Below are positions 42,816 through 52,776 of a stretch of DNA of 64,000 bases, piece after piece. Origin of the DNA: an uncultured archaeon (GTDB lineage Archaea > Thermoproteota > EX4484-205 > JAAOZP01); assembly GCA_938045545.1 (NCBI GenBank), contig CALIBN010000015.1, positions 1 to 64,000 on the forward strand. The letters run 5' to 3'. The stretch's first letter is position 1; each line of letters starts with the position of its first letter. The notes below the pieces were generated by a model, which was given only the letters and a program-made list of their open reading frames with translations, did not search any database and was not told the DNA's origin. The position numbers and the translations under genes are program-made.

Positions 42816-43970
42816 TTATTGCAGCTTTTCACCACAGTTGAGGCAGAACTTTGAACCAGCGGGAACTGTGGACCCGCATTTAGGACAGTTGACAATCTGA
42901 GGCTGCAACGGTGCCCCGCAGTTCATGCAGAACTTCGCGTTAGCCGGATTCTGAGAGCCGCATTTAGGACAATTGATGGTGGCTTGCAAAGGTGTGCCGC
43001 AGCTCATGCAGAACTTTGCTGCACCCGGGTTCTGAGTCCCGCATTTCGGGCACGCTACTGTTCCAGCTGGGGGTGCGGCGGGCGGCTGTGCAGGAGGCTG
43101 TGGTGGTACTTGGATGGCTGCACCACAGTTCGGACAGAACTTGCTAGTTGAGGGAACTTGCGCCCTGCAGCTTGGGCATATTACTAGGGGTGCTCCGGCT
43201 GCAGCCTGCTGCATGAGCTGGGGCACGAGAACTATTCCTGTTCCAGCCGCCGCCCCGGGCGACTTGCTCAGGGACTCGGCGACGCTTTTAGTCGTGTCCA
43301 TCGCCAGAACCTGTGTGGCTGCGCCTCCGGTCTGCTTTATCCAGAAAAGCCTGTCCCTGTACTCAGGCGTGGTGTCGACACCCTCGAACTTCAGGTCTAC
43401 GATATCTACGCCCACGCGTTTAAACTCCTCGTCTACCGTAGCCTTAACCTTGAACGAGACCTCTTCAAGCTTTGTGAACACCGTCACTAGGTCGTATTTA
43501 GAGAGCTGCGTTATAAGCCTCTCGTTCATGTATCCCCTGAGGAAACTGTTGACCGCTTCAGTCGTGTAGGCACTCTGTCCCCCTACGACCTCCATTACGA
43601 AAGTCTTTGGGTCTCCGACTTTAAACCAGAACGCCCCGTAGAATTTAAGGGGTGCGAGCTCAACGGTCTGACCACTGGCGCCGAACAATCCTTTAAACTG
43701 TTTCGTCGAAACGAATATGACTGTAGCCCTGAAAGGCGTGGTCTCGAAGCCCGCCACCCTTGTTAAGACGCCTGTTAACAACGGGAGGTTCATGGTGGTT
43801 AAAGTATGTCTGCCAGGCCCGAAAACATCGTAAGCCTTGCCGTCTCTGAAGAATATTGCAGCCTCGTACTCGTGGACAATCAGCTGAGCTCCCCAGGTTA
43901 TCTCCTCCTTAGGGTATCTCCAGACGATGTCTTCTGCGGAAGCCCCTACCCACTCTATTATCTGAGGCAT
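42816..43970 (-). CDS. SPFH/Band-7 domain protein with four C-terminal zinc ribbons (YdjI-like)
   Basis: IVWRYP..GAQLIVHEYEAAIFFRDGK..FGPGRHTLTT.NLP; four CPxC..KFCxxCG units. Confidence 0.93.
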   Translation of the reverse strand: MPQIIEWVGASAEDIVWRYPKEEITWGAQLIVHEYEAAIFFRDGKAYDVFGPGRHTLTTMNLPLLTGVLTRVAGFETTPFRATVIFVSTKQFKGLFGASGQTVELAPLKFYGAFWFKVGDPKTFVMEVVGGQSAYTTEAVNSFLRGYMNERLITQLSKYDLVTVFTKLEEVSFKVKATVDEEFKRVGVDIVDLKFEGVDTTPEYRDRLFWIKQTGGAATQVLAMDTTKSVAESLSKSPGAAAGTGIVLVPQLMQQAAAGAPLVICPSCRAQVPSTSKFCPNCGAAIQVPPQPPAQPPAAPPAGTVACPKCGTQNPGAAKFCMSCGTPLQATINCPKCGSQNPANAKFCMNCGAPLQPQIVNCPKCGSTVPAGSKFCLNCGEKLQ

Positions 43971-43972
43971 TG

Positions 43973-44509
43973 TTAGACACCCCTCTTAATGGAGACTATC
44001 TCCTCCTCCCTTGAAGCGAAGGCTGATTCAAGCTCCCTAGCCTTGGCTTCAAGCCTCTTCAGAAGACTCGGGAGAACATCCAGGCTTCCGGCGCCCGCAG
44101 CGTTGCCAGCCTCCTCAGCTACTCTGGAAACCTCTTCGCAAGCCCCTAGAAGCTTATAGTCATAATTCATCAGCTTGTCAAGCTCATCCTCTCGAACCTT
44201 AACAAGGTCGAAGAACCCCGAGTAACCGTAGTCGGCATGCTCAATCTTGTTTATAACCCTGTCTAGGACCGCGGAAACCCTGTTGATCGTTTTGAACAAT
44301 TCTACAGCATCGGAGTCTGCAGCCTCCCTTGAAACTGTTTTCAAGTGCGACCGGGCTGCATCAAGCTTTTTAACCATGAAATCCCTAAGAAGCCTATCAG
44401 CTTCCCTCCTAACCTCCTTCTGCTTATACCCCCTGTATCCGGGAATATAGGAGGCTATCTTCTCAGCCAGCCCTCTTTTCTCCTCATATTCCTTTATGAA
44501 CTCGCTCAT
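43973..44509 (-). CDS. Conserved helical hypothetical protein, first gene of the SPFH operon
   Basis: IPGYRGYKQKE.RREAD, ADYGYSGFFD; 2-nt gap to the SPFH gene. Confidence 0.85.
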   Translation of the reverse strand: MSEFIKEYEEKRGLAEKIASYIPGYRGYKQKEVRREADRLLRDFMVKKLDAARSHLKTVSREAADSDAVELFKTINRVSAVLDRVINKIEHADYGYSGFFDLVKVREDELDKLMNYDYKLLGACEEVSRVAEEAGNAAGAGSLDVLPSLLKRLEAKARELESAFASREEEIVSIKRGV

Positions 44510-44573
44510 GAAAGTACAAGCTTATAACTAGCTTAAAAACATTACTTATAGAAGAATTTAAAAACAAGTTTTC

Positions 44574-45581
44574 TTACAGGGGTAGCGTAACAGGTCTGCC
44601 CTCTTTAAGCGACCTGTGCATTGCCAGGGCAACCTCCACAGCAGCCCTAGCATCCTCAGCTGAAACCAGAGGCTCCTCCTTTCCCTCAACGCAGTTTAAG
44701 AAATGAATTATCTCGTCTCTGAGATATCCCTTGACCTGTCTGTGAACAACCGGCTGATAGTAAGAAAGGGTTTCAGGCCCCTTCTCCCCCCAGAATAGGA
44801 AGCTGTCGCTAGGCTGGCTTATCCAGAGGCTGCCCCGTGTCCCCACCAGCTCAAGTTTAAAATCGAAAGACATTGAGGAGGGTAGAATCCAAATGTTCTC
44901 CAATGCTCCAATAGTTCCCCCTTTAAACCTAAAGACAGACCAGACAGCGTCTTCGACATGGTGGAGCTTGAGAACCCTGCTTTCAGCCTCAGCGTAAACC
45001 CGGGTAATATTCCTCCCGATAATCCACCTCATTACGTCAATGTCGTGCACGCCAAGGAATAGAAGCGGCGAGGTTTCCTTAAGCCAGTTCTCCAACCTCA
45101 TTGGCGAAGTTATAGAGTTGTTTCTCCTAGCCCAGATTGAAACGGGATCGCCGAGCAGCCCCCTCTCCATGTACTCCTTAGCCTTCGCATAATTGTAGTC
45201 GAACCTCACTATGTGGCCCACTAGGAAAGTGACTCCTGTTTTTCTAACCGTGTTCACAATGGCGTCCGCATCTCTCAGAGTTGTGGCAATAGGCTTCTCC
45301 AAGAGCACCGCCTTCCCAGCCTTCGCCGCCGCCACTGTAGGCTCACGGTGAAGATGGTCCGGGACAGCGATGCTGACAGCATCAATATCCGGCCTAGCCA
45401 GCAGCTCGTTGTAGTCAGTATACCATTTTTCAGCCCGGAATTCCTTCGCAGCCATCCTAGCATTTTTCTCGACAACATCCGCGGTCGCAACGAGCTTAAC
45501 CCTCGGCAGCTCCGAGTAGACTCGGGCGTGATGCTTCCCCATAACGCCGCAGCCTATTACCCCTACTCTAATCCGGTCCAT
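44574..45581 (-). CDS. Gfo/Idh/MocA oxidoreductase
   Basis: VIGCGVMG, LLEKP, GHIVRF, GVHDID. Confidence 0.95.
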   Translation of the reverse strand: MDRIRVGVIGCGVMGKHHARVYSELPRVKLVATADVVEKNARMAAKEFRAEKWYTDYNELLARPDIDAVSIAVPDHLHREPTVAAAKAGKAVLLEKPIATTLRDADAIVNTVRKTGVTFLVGHIVRFDYNYAKAKEYMERGLLGDPVSIWARRNNSITSPMRLENWLKETSPLLFLGVHDIDVMRWIIGRNITRVYAEAESRVLKLHHVEDAVWSVFRFKGGTIGALENIWILPSSMSFDFKLELVGTRGSLWISQPSDSFLFWGEKGPETLSYYQPVVHRQVKGYLRDEIIHFLNCVEGKEEPLVSAEDARAAVEVALAMHRSLKEGRPVTLPL

Positions 45582-45592
45582 CAGCCTCCACC

Positions 45593-46603
45593 TTAAAGCA
45601 TCTTCACCATCTCTAAAGGCTTTACTCTCATAACCTCGGGGTTCAGAAGGCTCGGAGGAGCCTGGCCGCGGAGAACGCTCAGAATGTTTTCAGCAGCCTT
45701 CTCAGCGAGCCTCCTTCTAGCTTCGAATGTCGCGCTCGCCATGTGCGGGGTGAGGACAACGTTATCCATGCCTATGAGCGGGTTGTCAGGATCGAGAGGC
45801 TCCTTCTCGAAAACGTCGAGCGCAGCGCCAGCGATCCATCCTTCTTTCAAAGCCTTCACCAGAGCCTTCTCATCAACCACTGCCCCCCTGGAGATGTTTA
45901 TCAGGTAGGAGGAGGGCTTCATGCTTCTAAGCTCCGGCTCGCCAATCATCTTAAAGGTCTCAGGGGTTAAAGCCGTCGAGAGAATGATGAAGTCAGACTC
46001 CCTGAGAAGATCTTTAAGAGGCCTGTAGGATACGCCTAGCTCAGCCTCAACATCCGGCTTCCTAGTCCTGCTGAAGTATATGACCCTCATGCCTAGACAC
46101 CTGGCCCTGGTCGCCACAGCCTTTCCAATGGCTCCAAGCCCAATGATGCCGAGTGTCTTACCGCTTATCTCAGGTCCGAGCATGAACATCGGGGACCAAG
46201 CTATCTTCCAGGAGCCTCTTCTGAGAAACCTGTCTGCCTCCACAATCCTCCTAGCAACCGAGAAGAGAAGGGCCAGCGAAAACTCTGCGACAGCGTCCGT
46301 TAAAACGCTGGGCACATTAGTAACGTAGACTCCTCGTGCAGTAGCCTCCTTCAAATCTATGTGATCATAGCCGGCGCTCATCGTGCTTACAACCCTGAGC
46401 CTCTCAGCCTTATCAAGAACCTCCCTGTCTATCGTGTCGCTGAGAAGTATGAGTGCAGCATCCTTATCCTCGAGACTCTTAACCAGAACACTCTTGGGCG
46501 GAGGGCATTCGGAGTCGTAGAGCTCAACGTCGCAGTGTTCCCTGAGAAGCCTTAGGGCAGAGTCTTGTATTCTTCTTGAAACATAGACCCTGGGCCTAGC
46601 CAT
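45593..46603 (-). CDS. gyaR: Glyoxylate reductase / D-2-hydroxyacid dehydrogenase
   Basis: GYDHID, GIIGLGAIG, INISRG, AALDVFEKEP, TPHMAS. Confidence 0.9.
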   Translation of the reverse strand: MARPRVYVSRRIQDSALRLLREHCDVELYDSECPPPKSVLVKSLEDKDAALILLSDTIDREVLDKAERLRVVSTMSAGYDHIDLKEATARGVYVTNVPSVLTDAVAEFSLALLFSVARRIVEADRFLRRGSWKIAWSPMFMLGPEISGKTLGIIGLGAIGKAVATRARCLGMRVIYFSRTRKPDVEAELGVSYRPLKDLLRESDFIILSTALTPETFKMIGEPELRSMKPSSYLINISRGAVVDEKALVKALKEGWIAGAALDVFEKEPLDPDNPLIGMDNVVLTPHMASATFEARRRLAEKAAENILSVLRGQAPPSLLNPEVMRVKPLEMVKML

Positions 46604-46654
46604 GCTAATAGATTTCTCTTAAGGTTTTATAAGTATTGGTGCGCACACTCATGC

Positions 46655-47683
46655 CTAAGAAGGCTTTAAAACCATTATGCTGGGGCTAGCGTCGCCGTGT
46701 CTAATGGTTCTCTCATGCTCGAGGCGTAACCCTATTTCTGAAGAGATTTCTCTCACGTAGCCCGGCTTTATGGTTATGAGCACGAGCCGCCCATCCTCGC
46801 TTAGAGTCCTCCTAATCTCAGGCAGGCACCTGCTGTAGAAAGCGCGAGGATTGATCTTCGCTATGGGCTTAGTTCCGTATGGAGGATCTGTAACTATCCT
46901 GTCTACCTTAAACCCTAATTCTTTAGAGAGCCTCCTGCAATCAACCCTCTTGAACACTATTCTGTCTGAAACACCCATAGCTTCAGCGTTAAGAGCTGCA
47001 CCCTCCAGATAATATTCTGAAATGTCAAACCCATATATCTTGACGCTATTTGTTGAGAGAGCAGCCTCGATAGGTATGATTCCGCCTCCACACATCGGGT
47101 CGAGAAGAGTCATCCCAGGCTTGGGATCGGCGATCCTAACCATTCCATATGCAACTGAGGGTCTGAGGGCAGCCGGGTGAGTGAAAACAATGTACCTGCC
47201 GGAGAGATGCTCGCTTCCGGAAAGCCCGACGAAGCAGGTGTCTCCAACAATATCCAGAAAAACATTAGCCTGAAAATTCTCTAGGTCCACTTTTAAACCA
47301 TACTTGTCTACCAATGCTTGACCAGCCTTCCTTTGAACATCCATGCTTGTAAACTCATGCTCACCACGCCTCTTGCAAGTTACCCTGAACGAGGAGGCTT
47401 TGCGAAACCCGTTGGGAAACTTCATATTCATGATCCCGCTGTAAATGTCTTCCAAGCCCCTTATACTAGTATCAACTTTGAAGGCTCCAACGTATTCCAA
47501 GAACCAGTCTATGCTCCTGAGCGACATTAGCTTTGGAGAATCTGATTCAGGAATATCTATGATGAGCCTCCCTGGGATACCCTGAGGGTTCTCCTCGACA
47601 ACGATTTTAAAACTGATCTTTTCCTCCAGCTCAGACTTAACAACGTCTTCAAGACCACGCGGGAAGACTAGTTGAAACCTCAT
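46655..47683 (-). CDS. trm14: THUMP-domain tRNA (guanine(6)-N2)-methyltransferase
   Basis: THUMP (SFRVTCKRRGEHEFTS), HPAALRP, LDPMCGGG, TDPPYG. Confidence 0.85.
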   Translation of the reverse strand: MRFQLVFPRGLEDVVKSELEEKISFKIVVEENPQGIPGRLIIDIPESDSPKLMSLRSIDWFLEYVGAFKVDTSIRGLEDIYSGIMNMKFPNGFRKASSFRVTCKRRGEHEFTSMDVQRKAGQALVDKYGLKVDLENFQANVFLDIVGDTCFVGLSGSEHLSGRYIVFTHPAALRPSVAYGMVRIADPKPGMTLLDPMCGGGIIPIEAALSTNSVKIYGFDISEYYLEGAALNAEAMGVSDRIVFKRVDCRRLSKELGFKVDRIVTDPPYGTKPIAKINPRAFYSRCLPEIRRTLSEDGRLVLITIKPGYVREISSEIGLRLEHERTIRHGDASPSIMVLKPS

Positions 47684-47756
47684 GGCAAAGCTCTAGCATT
47701 AGGTATTAAGATGGAGGACTTAAGCGTTAATTTTAAGCGCGCATGTGGCTAAGTTA

Positions 47757-49595
47757 CTAGCCTATAAGATTTATTTTCTTCAGGAGCTCCAAGGATAATT
47801 CTCGCGTTGGGCTTTCCGGCCTTGAGAGGCTTCTGAAGGCTTGTGAAACATAGAGCAGTGTTGCAACCTCTTCGTCGCTTAAAACTCGTATCTTAACGTT
47901 TCCAAGTGACTCCAATGCTTTCTGAAGCTCCGGGCTGACTGGGCACGTGGTCAGCATCACAATCCTGTCGAGCTTCCTGCTCCTGGCGAAGTCTATAAGC
48001 GGCTCAATACTGCTCCTTTTAAGGCCTTCAGAAGGCTTTGGCGCTTTAATCATCACTCCAACCTGGGCGCCTCCGCTCGTGGCGTCCGTGAAAAGCAGGT
48101 CTATCTCCCTCTTCCTGGTTAGGGAGACGCTTATCCTCTTCCTTCCTATGAGGCTCTGCTTTCCGAAAGCTGTTTCAATAAGGCTTGAAACGGCTTTTTC
48201 CATTAGGATCGCTCTCTCCGAGGGTTTCTCAATGTTGTAGAACCTTGTGATTATCTGGTTTTTAACATCGCTGTCAGGCGTAACTGGAGTTGCAAGCCTA
48301 GCCGCTGGCAGACCCATTTTCATAACGGCTTCCATCGCTATCACAGTGTCCACATAGTCGGGTTGAGTAATGCCTCTTTCAAGTCTTTCAGCAAGTATCT
48401 CGATGCAGGTGAAACACTCTGACAGCAGCCTCCTGATCTCCCCACCGGAGTTCGCCCAGAGAAGTTTAACACCGTTCATTGGAAACAGATTTGAATATGC
48501 TCTCTCACCCTTACCCAAGTAGAGGGCCTTCACATACCTGTCGATTATATCTTTAGCCTCCTCCACGCTTATCTTCTCGAGGCTTATCGGGGTTGAGGAA
48601 ACCCTGCTAACTATCGCGGGTGCCACCCTGAACCTCTGCCCCTTCAACTCTTCGAACATCACTGGCGTTAAAAGCAGAAGTATGAACAGCCCGCCTGGGC
48701 CATTGTCAACAATCCTCTTCAAAGTATGGAAGAAAAAGTCAACATTATCCTGCACCAGCGTCTCAACCTCATCTACAACGATTACGAAAGGCGTGTTGCT
48801 AACGAGCTTCGACAGATTCACGAGCGTCGTCAAGAACTTTAAAGCGTTCTCATCAGACTCTCTCAGGAAATCATTCGAATGCTTAGCGCCCCAGCTTCCG
48901 TAGTATGGGCTTGGAAGCCAAAGGATCCATTTCGCAAGGTTAAGATCGGTGAATCTCCTTGTTTTCGAGGGCTCGAACCTTGTTTCAAACATTTTTCCAA
49001 GCTCTTCAAGCTCAAGCCTTACGAGTCCAGTTATTTCCAGCGTTCCCTCTTCAACAAGTTTCCTTACAACTCTGAAATCGTTTGAAATCATGTTGAAAGC
49101 CTCTCGAGCCTTCTCAGCCTTTTTACCCAGTACTGTTGAAATCAGCCCGACGCTAACGATTTTCTGAAACAGCTCGTAGCCCATTTTAGAGATCAGTGCT
49201 TGGTGAAGCCTTAGGGAAAGTTCCATGAGAAACTCTTCGCCTCCCAGCGTTTCCACAACCTTGGAGGTGAAGAAGATTAAGGAGGGCTTATAAACAGAGT
49301 CTTGAATAGTCGGCATATATGAGAAAGGCTGACCAGGTTTCTCTTGGCTTAGAAGGTATTGCAGATGCAAGGCGAGATGCGTCTTCCCGCTTCCAGCATC
49401 CCCTATGAGAATGTCGATTTTAGGTTCCTCAAGCTTGAAAGAATAATCTATCTCCTCCCTAATCCTTTTCAACGCATTTATTCTAGATTCTCCGCCAAGT
49501 ATCCATATTCTGCTTGGGACAGGGGTTAGTGGAAAAGGATTGGCTTCAAGCATTAGGCGGGAATACTTATTTGACGATTGCATAGTGGTAAACAC
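47757..49595 (-). CDS. P-loop AAA+ ATPase with C-terminal restriction-endonuclease-like (PD-(D/E)XK/Mrr-like) fold
   Basis: ANPF, GDAGSGKTH, VIVVDEVE, SGGEIRRLL; C-terminal REIDLLF..GVMIK. Confidence 0.85.
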   Translation of the reverse strand: MFTTMQSSNKYSRLMLEANPFPLTPVPSRIWILGGESRINALKRIREEIDYSFKLEEPKIDILIGDAGSGKTHLALHLQYLLSQEKPGQPFSYMPTIQDSVYKPSLIFFTSKVVETLGGEEFLMELSLRLHQALISKMGYELFQKIVSVGLISTVLGKKAEKAREAFNMISNDFRVVRKLVEEGTLEITGLVRLELEELGKMFETRFEPSKTRRFTDLNLAKWILWLPSPYYGSWGAKHSNDFLRESDENALKFLTTLVNLSKLVSNTPFVIVVDEVETLVQDNVDFFFHTLKRIVDNGPGGLFILLLLTPVMFEELKGQRFRVAPAIVSRVSSTPISLEKISVEEAKDIIDRYVKALYLGKGERAYSNLFPMNGVKLLWANSGGEIRRLLSECFTCIEILAERLERGITQPDYVDTVIAMEAVMKMGLPAARLATPVTPDSDVKNQIITRFYNIEKPSERAILMEKAVSSLIETAFGKQSLIGRKRISVSLTRKREIDLLFTDATSGGAQVGVMIKAPKPSEGLKRSSIEPLIDFARSRKLDRIVMLTTCPVSPELQKALESLGNVKIRVLSDEEVATLLYVSQAFRSLSRPESPTRELSLELLKKINLIG

Positions 49596-50076
49596 CTCTC
49601 GCCGTCTTCAACCCATTATCTGATTCCCCGCTGCCCGCGTGAAGTTGAACGGCGTACGGATCACTACTGTTCAACTCTATTATCCTCCTGTCGAATTCAT
49701 CGCCAGTTATATTTAATTCTTCAGATACTTTAAGCCGTAGGTCGGCTATTCTCACATAGGGAGCTATTGGGCTGGTCTTCACTAGGTTATTATACTTCAA
49801 TCTTAAAGTTTCGAGAAACTTCTCGGGCGATAGCTGTTCAGCCTCCTTAAGCCTAGTATACTTTAAAACAGGAAGGCTCCAAACGTTTTCCATGAAATAG
49901 GCCCTGCCGTATTCAGAAGTCCGATACTTTTTAACAGCCTTAGTTCTCCCTTTAACCGGTTCAAGATAGCCTTCTTTAACCAGTTCTTTAAACTCTTTTT
50001 CAGTAAGCCTACCGGCCTTCTTAACCATTTTTTCCGAAACCCCTTTAGGAGTATCGGCGAAGACAAGCGCAAGCAA
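49567..50076 (-). CDS. Two-domain winged-helix-like protein coupled to the ATPase (start possibly CTG ~50094 after AGGTGA)
   Basis: FKELVKEGYLE..KKYRTSEYG; VRIADLR..EFDRRIIEL..VQL; overlaps the ATPase start. Confidence 0.75.
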   Translation of the reverse strand: MLALVFADTPKGVSEKMVKKAGRLTEKEFKELVKEGYLEPVKGRTKAVKKYRTSEYGRAYFMENVWSLPVLKYTRLKEAEQLSPEKFLETLRLKYNNLVKTSPIAPYVRIADLRLKVSEELNITGDEFDRRIIELNSSDPYAVQLHAGSGESDNGLKTARGVYHYAIVK

Positions 50077-50242
50077 TTGAAACTCGTTCAGCTGGTATCA
50101 CCTATTAAAAATGGGCCAAGGTGGTTTTTAAAGCTTGCCTGAGGATTGCAGAGACAGGCCGCCATCCTCGGTATGCAACAGGTTTGGATAAAGTTGAATC
50201 ATATAGTCAGATGTTTTCGGTAAGGAAGGAAAACGGTTGAAG

Positions 50243-50687
50243 ATGGGGCGAAGAAAGAAGTATAACATGCTTTTCTCCAGAACCATGTTTAAATGCACAC
50301 AGTGCGGAAAATGCTGCACGAAGACACTAAGCACGAGAGACAGATCATTCTAACGTTGAGAGACACCTCGGAAATCCTAGAGGCCATGGGAATCGGTTTA
50401 AACGAGTTCACGGAGGAAAACAATAGTGAAGCCTATCCATATGTAATAAGGCTTATCGACGGAAGATGCTTCTTCCTCCAGCCGGATGGAAAATGCAGGA
50501 TCTACAGATAAGGCCCCTAGTCTACAGGTTCTACCCTTTCACGTTGTAAAGGATCGGGGAAACAGACGTGTTTCAAGCCGATCCATCCTGCCGCGGGCTT
50601 GGAGAAGGCATGTACTTCGACGAGGAATATTTCGAAAAACTTGTAGAGCAGGCTGAGAAACGTTTAGACATTGCTTCAAACCGCTAA
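50243..50687 (+). pseudogene. YkgJ-family cysteine-cluster protein; disrupted
   Basis: FKCTQCGKCC, frameshift, CFFL..CRIYR*RPLVYRFYPFTL*, SCRGLG. Confidence 0.8.
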
Positions 50688-50794
50688 ATAGAGGTATCCT
50701 CTAAGGCCTACAACTAGGGCATCTCTCCATAGCGTGCCACCTCCCAACTAAGGAAAGAAGTTTTACTCGTCTACTGTCCAATAGTAAATCAGCT

Positions 50795-50885
50795 GCTATT
50801 GAATACATTATGAAGCAAGTGTGCACTATACGCGTATGGCGAGCCGGTTTGACATATTCCTCAACCCGAGTAGTGAGCATGGAAA
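50795..50885 (+). mobile_element. Degenerate second copy of the tnpB 3'-end sequence
   Basis: ACATTATGAAGC..TATACGCGTATGGC..TTGACATATTCCTCAACCC..GTGAGC is collinear with the minus strand of 39465-39545. Confidence 0.65.
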
Positions 50886-50902
50886 CCCGATTCTAAAGAA
50901 TG

Positions 50903-51493
50903 TCAAGAGGCAGTGCGAGGTGCACCACAGTTGGGACATCTAGTCTGGTTTTGCGGGAAAACTGTTCCACAATACTTGCATGAAACGGTTAATGGTGCTT
51001 GCTGAACCTGAGGGGGTTGAGAGACTTGTATTTCGGTAGTTTTACTAGTCGCATCTGGGCGACCCTCTACTGCGACAACTCCCTTCAGACTCCAGACTAC
51101 GATTCTATCCATACTTTTCAGAGAAGGCTGTGCTCCTGGAGGGATCAGTATTTTAAACTGGAAGCTTTGAATAAAGCCTTCTGAAATATGCAGAGGCCCT
51201 GCCAACTGTGGCCTAGCTGAAAATATTACTGCAGACTCCCAGACCTGTTGCTCAACCTCTCTTTTAAGAGCCGTGTTGTAAACCCTCTTCGTCTTGCGTA
51301 CTCGCTCAATACATTCCAGCTCGCATCTGACCTCAGTACAGTCAAACTCTTCCTGAGACTCAACCTGTACTGTGCCCTCCACATTTCCACCGAGATAAAA
51401 AAGTTGATCCTTCAGAAACAAGGAGACGTTTACCCTGGGCGGAGTAACCTTCTCCCGAAGTTTTTTAAATAGGCTCATAAATGAGGATTTCAC
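50903..51493 (-). CDS. Arrestin-N/Spo0M-like beta-sandwich protein with C-terminal zinc ribbon
   Basis: FYLGGNVEGTV, FQFKILIP..PS, IVVWSLKG; CKYCG..CPNCGA. Confidence 0.72.
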   Translation of the reverse strand: MKSSFMSLFKKLREKVTPPRVNVSLFLKDQLFYLGGNVEGTVQVESQEEFDCTEVRCELECIERVRKTKRVYNTALKREVEQQVWESAVIFSARPQLAGPLHISEGFIQSFQFKILIPPGAQPSLKSMDRIVVWSLKGVVAVEGRPDATSKTTEIQVSQPPQVQQAPLTVSCKYCGTVFPQNQTRCPNCGAPRTAS

Positions 51494-51543
51494 TTTTAGG
51501 AGGATTTAAGTTTTCAGACATGTGGAAATTTAAGATGGCAGGT

Positions 51544-52698
51544 TTACAATGGTATTAACAGGAGGTTTGAAAAAATTATTACAAGCCCCCCGATGAAAAA
51601 AGGCAAGTTTATATTTATAGAACCAGTGCATCCCGCTAAGTAGGGGCCTATAATGTTCCCCAAGGAGCTTATAAAGTTGACTACATTAAAGTCTCTCCCC
51701 CTAGTTTCATCGTTACAGTATTTTTGAACAAGGTAGCTTCTAAGAGGGAGCCATACTGAAGCGCCTGCAGGATCGTGCAGAAGCCATAGGGCTGCGGAAG
51801 TGGTGAAATCACCTGGCACAGTGGCCAGGGATGTGAAAACCCCCTGTATGCATGTGAAAAGGATGAGGGAGGACTTGTGTGAAAACTTTTTCAATCCTGT
51901 TACAATCCTGCTGCTGAACAACATGGGTATTCCCAGGCTAAGCCTGTGAACAGTCATCAGGATTGAAAGCGTTTCCGGTGGCAACGAGAATTTCTTTGAA
52001 AAGAACATGGGTGTGATGAAGGAGTGTGTGGCAGAACCTCCGATCGTCACCACTAGACCGGAGACAGCCATTATCATAAGCCCCCTGTTTAAACCCTTGC
52101 CAACACGCTTTTCCCCGAGGTTTTTAGCGGCACGCCTTGCTGCCGGAACCTCTTGCTCAGGGAAGAAGAACACTATTGCTAAGAAACCTATTAATTGAAG
52201 AAGCCCCGAGAAAACAAGTGGAAGCCGGTAACCATAAGTGCTGATGAACAGTCCGGCGGATGCAAGGCCCAACGCCTGAGAGGTGAATTCGAGCCCTGAA
52301 ACCCTTGAATAAGATGCAATGAAGCCCCTGCGATCCTGTTCATAGACCATGGTTGCGAAAACAGCATTTCGGATTGCGACCGCCGAGTCGAAAAGAATTT
52401 TGACGAGAACCATTACACCCACCGATTCGAATTGAGGTGTGAAGAAGTAGGAGAGCCCAGCAAGCAGCGAAGCAAGCGCCATGAAGACTTTTCTACCATA
52501 CTTGTCCGATTTAGCGCCGAGAAAGATGCTTAGGAAAGCGATGAATATTGCTGAAGCTGTGAACACATATCCAATCTCCATAAGCGAGATAGAAACATGA
52601 TCCATGTAGAGGGGAAAAATGATCTCGTAAAGCCCGAAGGAGAAGCCGAAGAGCCATGTAGATACGACGAGCGCGGGGAGCCCTTTTCCGTTCAGCAT
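51544..52698 (-). CDS. MFS transporter
   Basis: GAKSDKYGRK motif A; about 12 TMs. Confidence 0.93.
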   Translation of the reverse strand: MLNGKGLPALVVSTWLFGFSFGLYEIIFPLYMDHVSISLMEIGYVFTASAIFIAFLSIFLGAKSDKYGRKVFMALASLLAGLSYFFTPQFESVGVMVLVKILFDSAVAIRNAVFATMVYEQDRRGFIASYSRVSGLEFTSQALGLASAGLFISTYGYRLPLVFSGLLQLIGFLAIVFFFPEQEVPAARRAAKNLGEKRVGKGLNRGLMIMAVSGLVVTIGGSATHSFITPMFFSKKFSLPPETLSILMTVHRLSLGIPMLFSSRIVTGLKKFSHKSSLILFTCIQGVFTSLATVPGDFTTSAALWLLHDPAGASVWLPLRSYLVQKYCNDETRGRDFNVVNFISSLGNIIGPYLAGCTGSININLPFFIGGLVIIFSNLLLIPL

Positions 52699-52776
52699 GT
52701 GTTACCGGCCGTTAGACAAGAGGCTTATAAGCATTAACATCATTAAAGTTTTTAAGCAACCTTTCAAATAGTAAAC

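Noticed and set aside
47757-49595. Calling the ATPase BrxC/BrxD or Orc1/Cdc6
   Set aside because: No pglX/pglZ or other BREX genes nearby, and the architecture lacks the Orc1 C-terminal winged helix; left unassigned.
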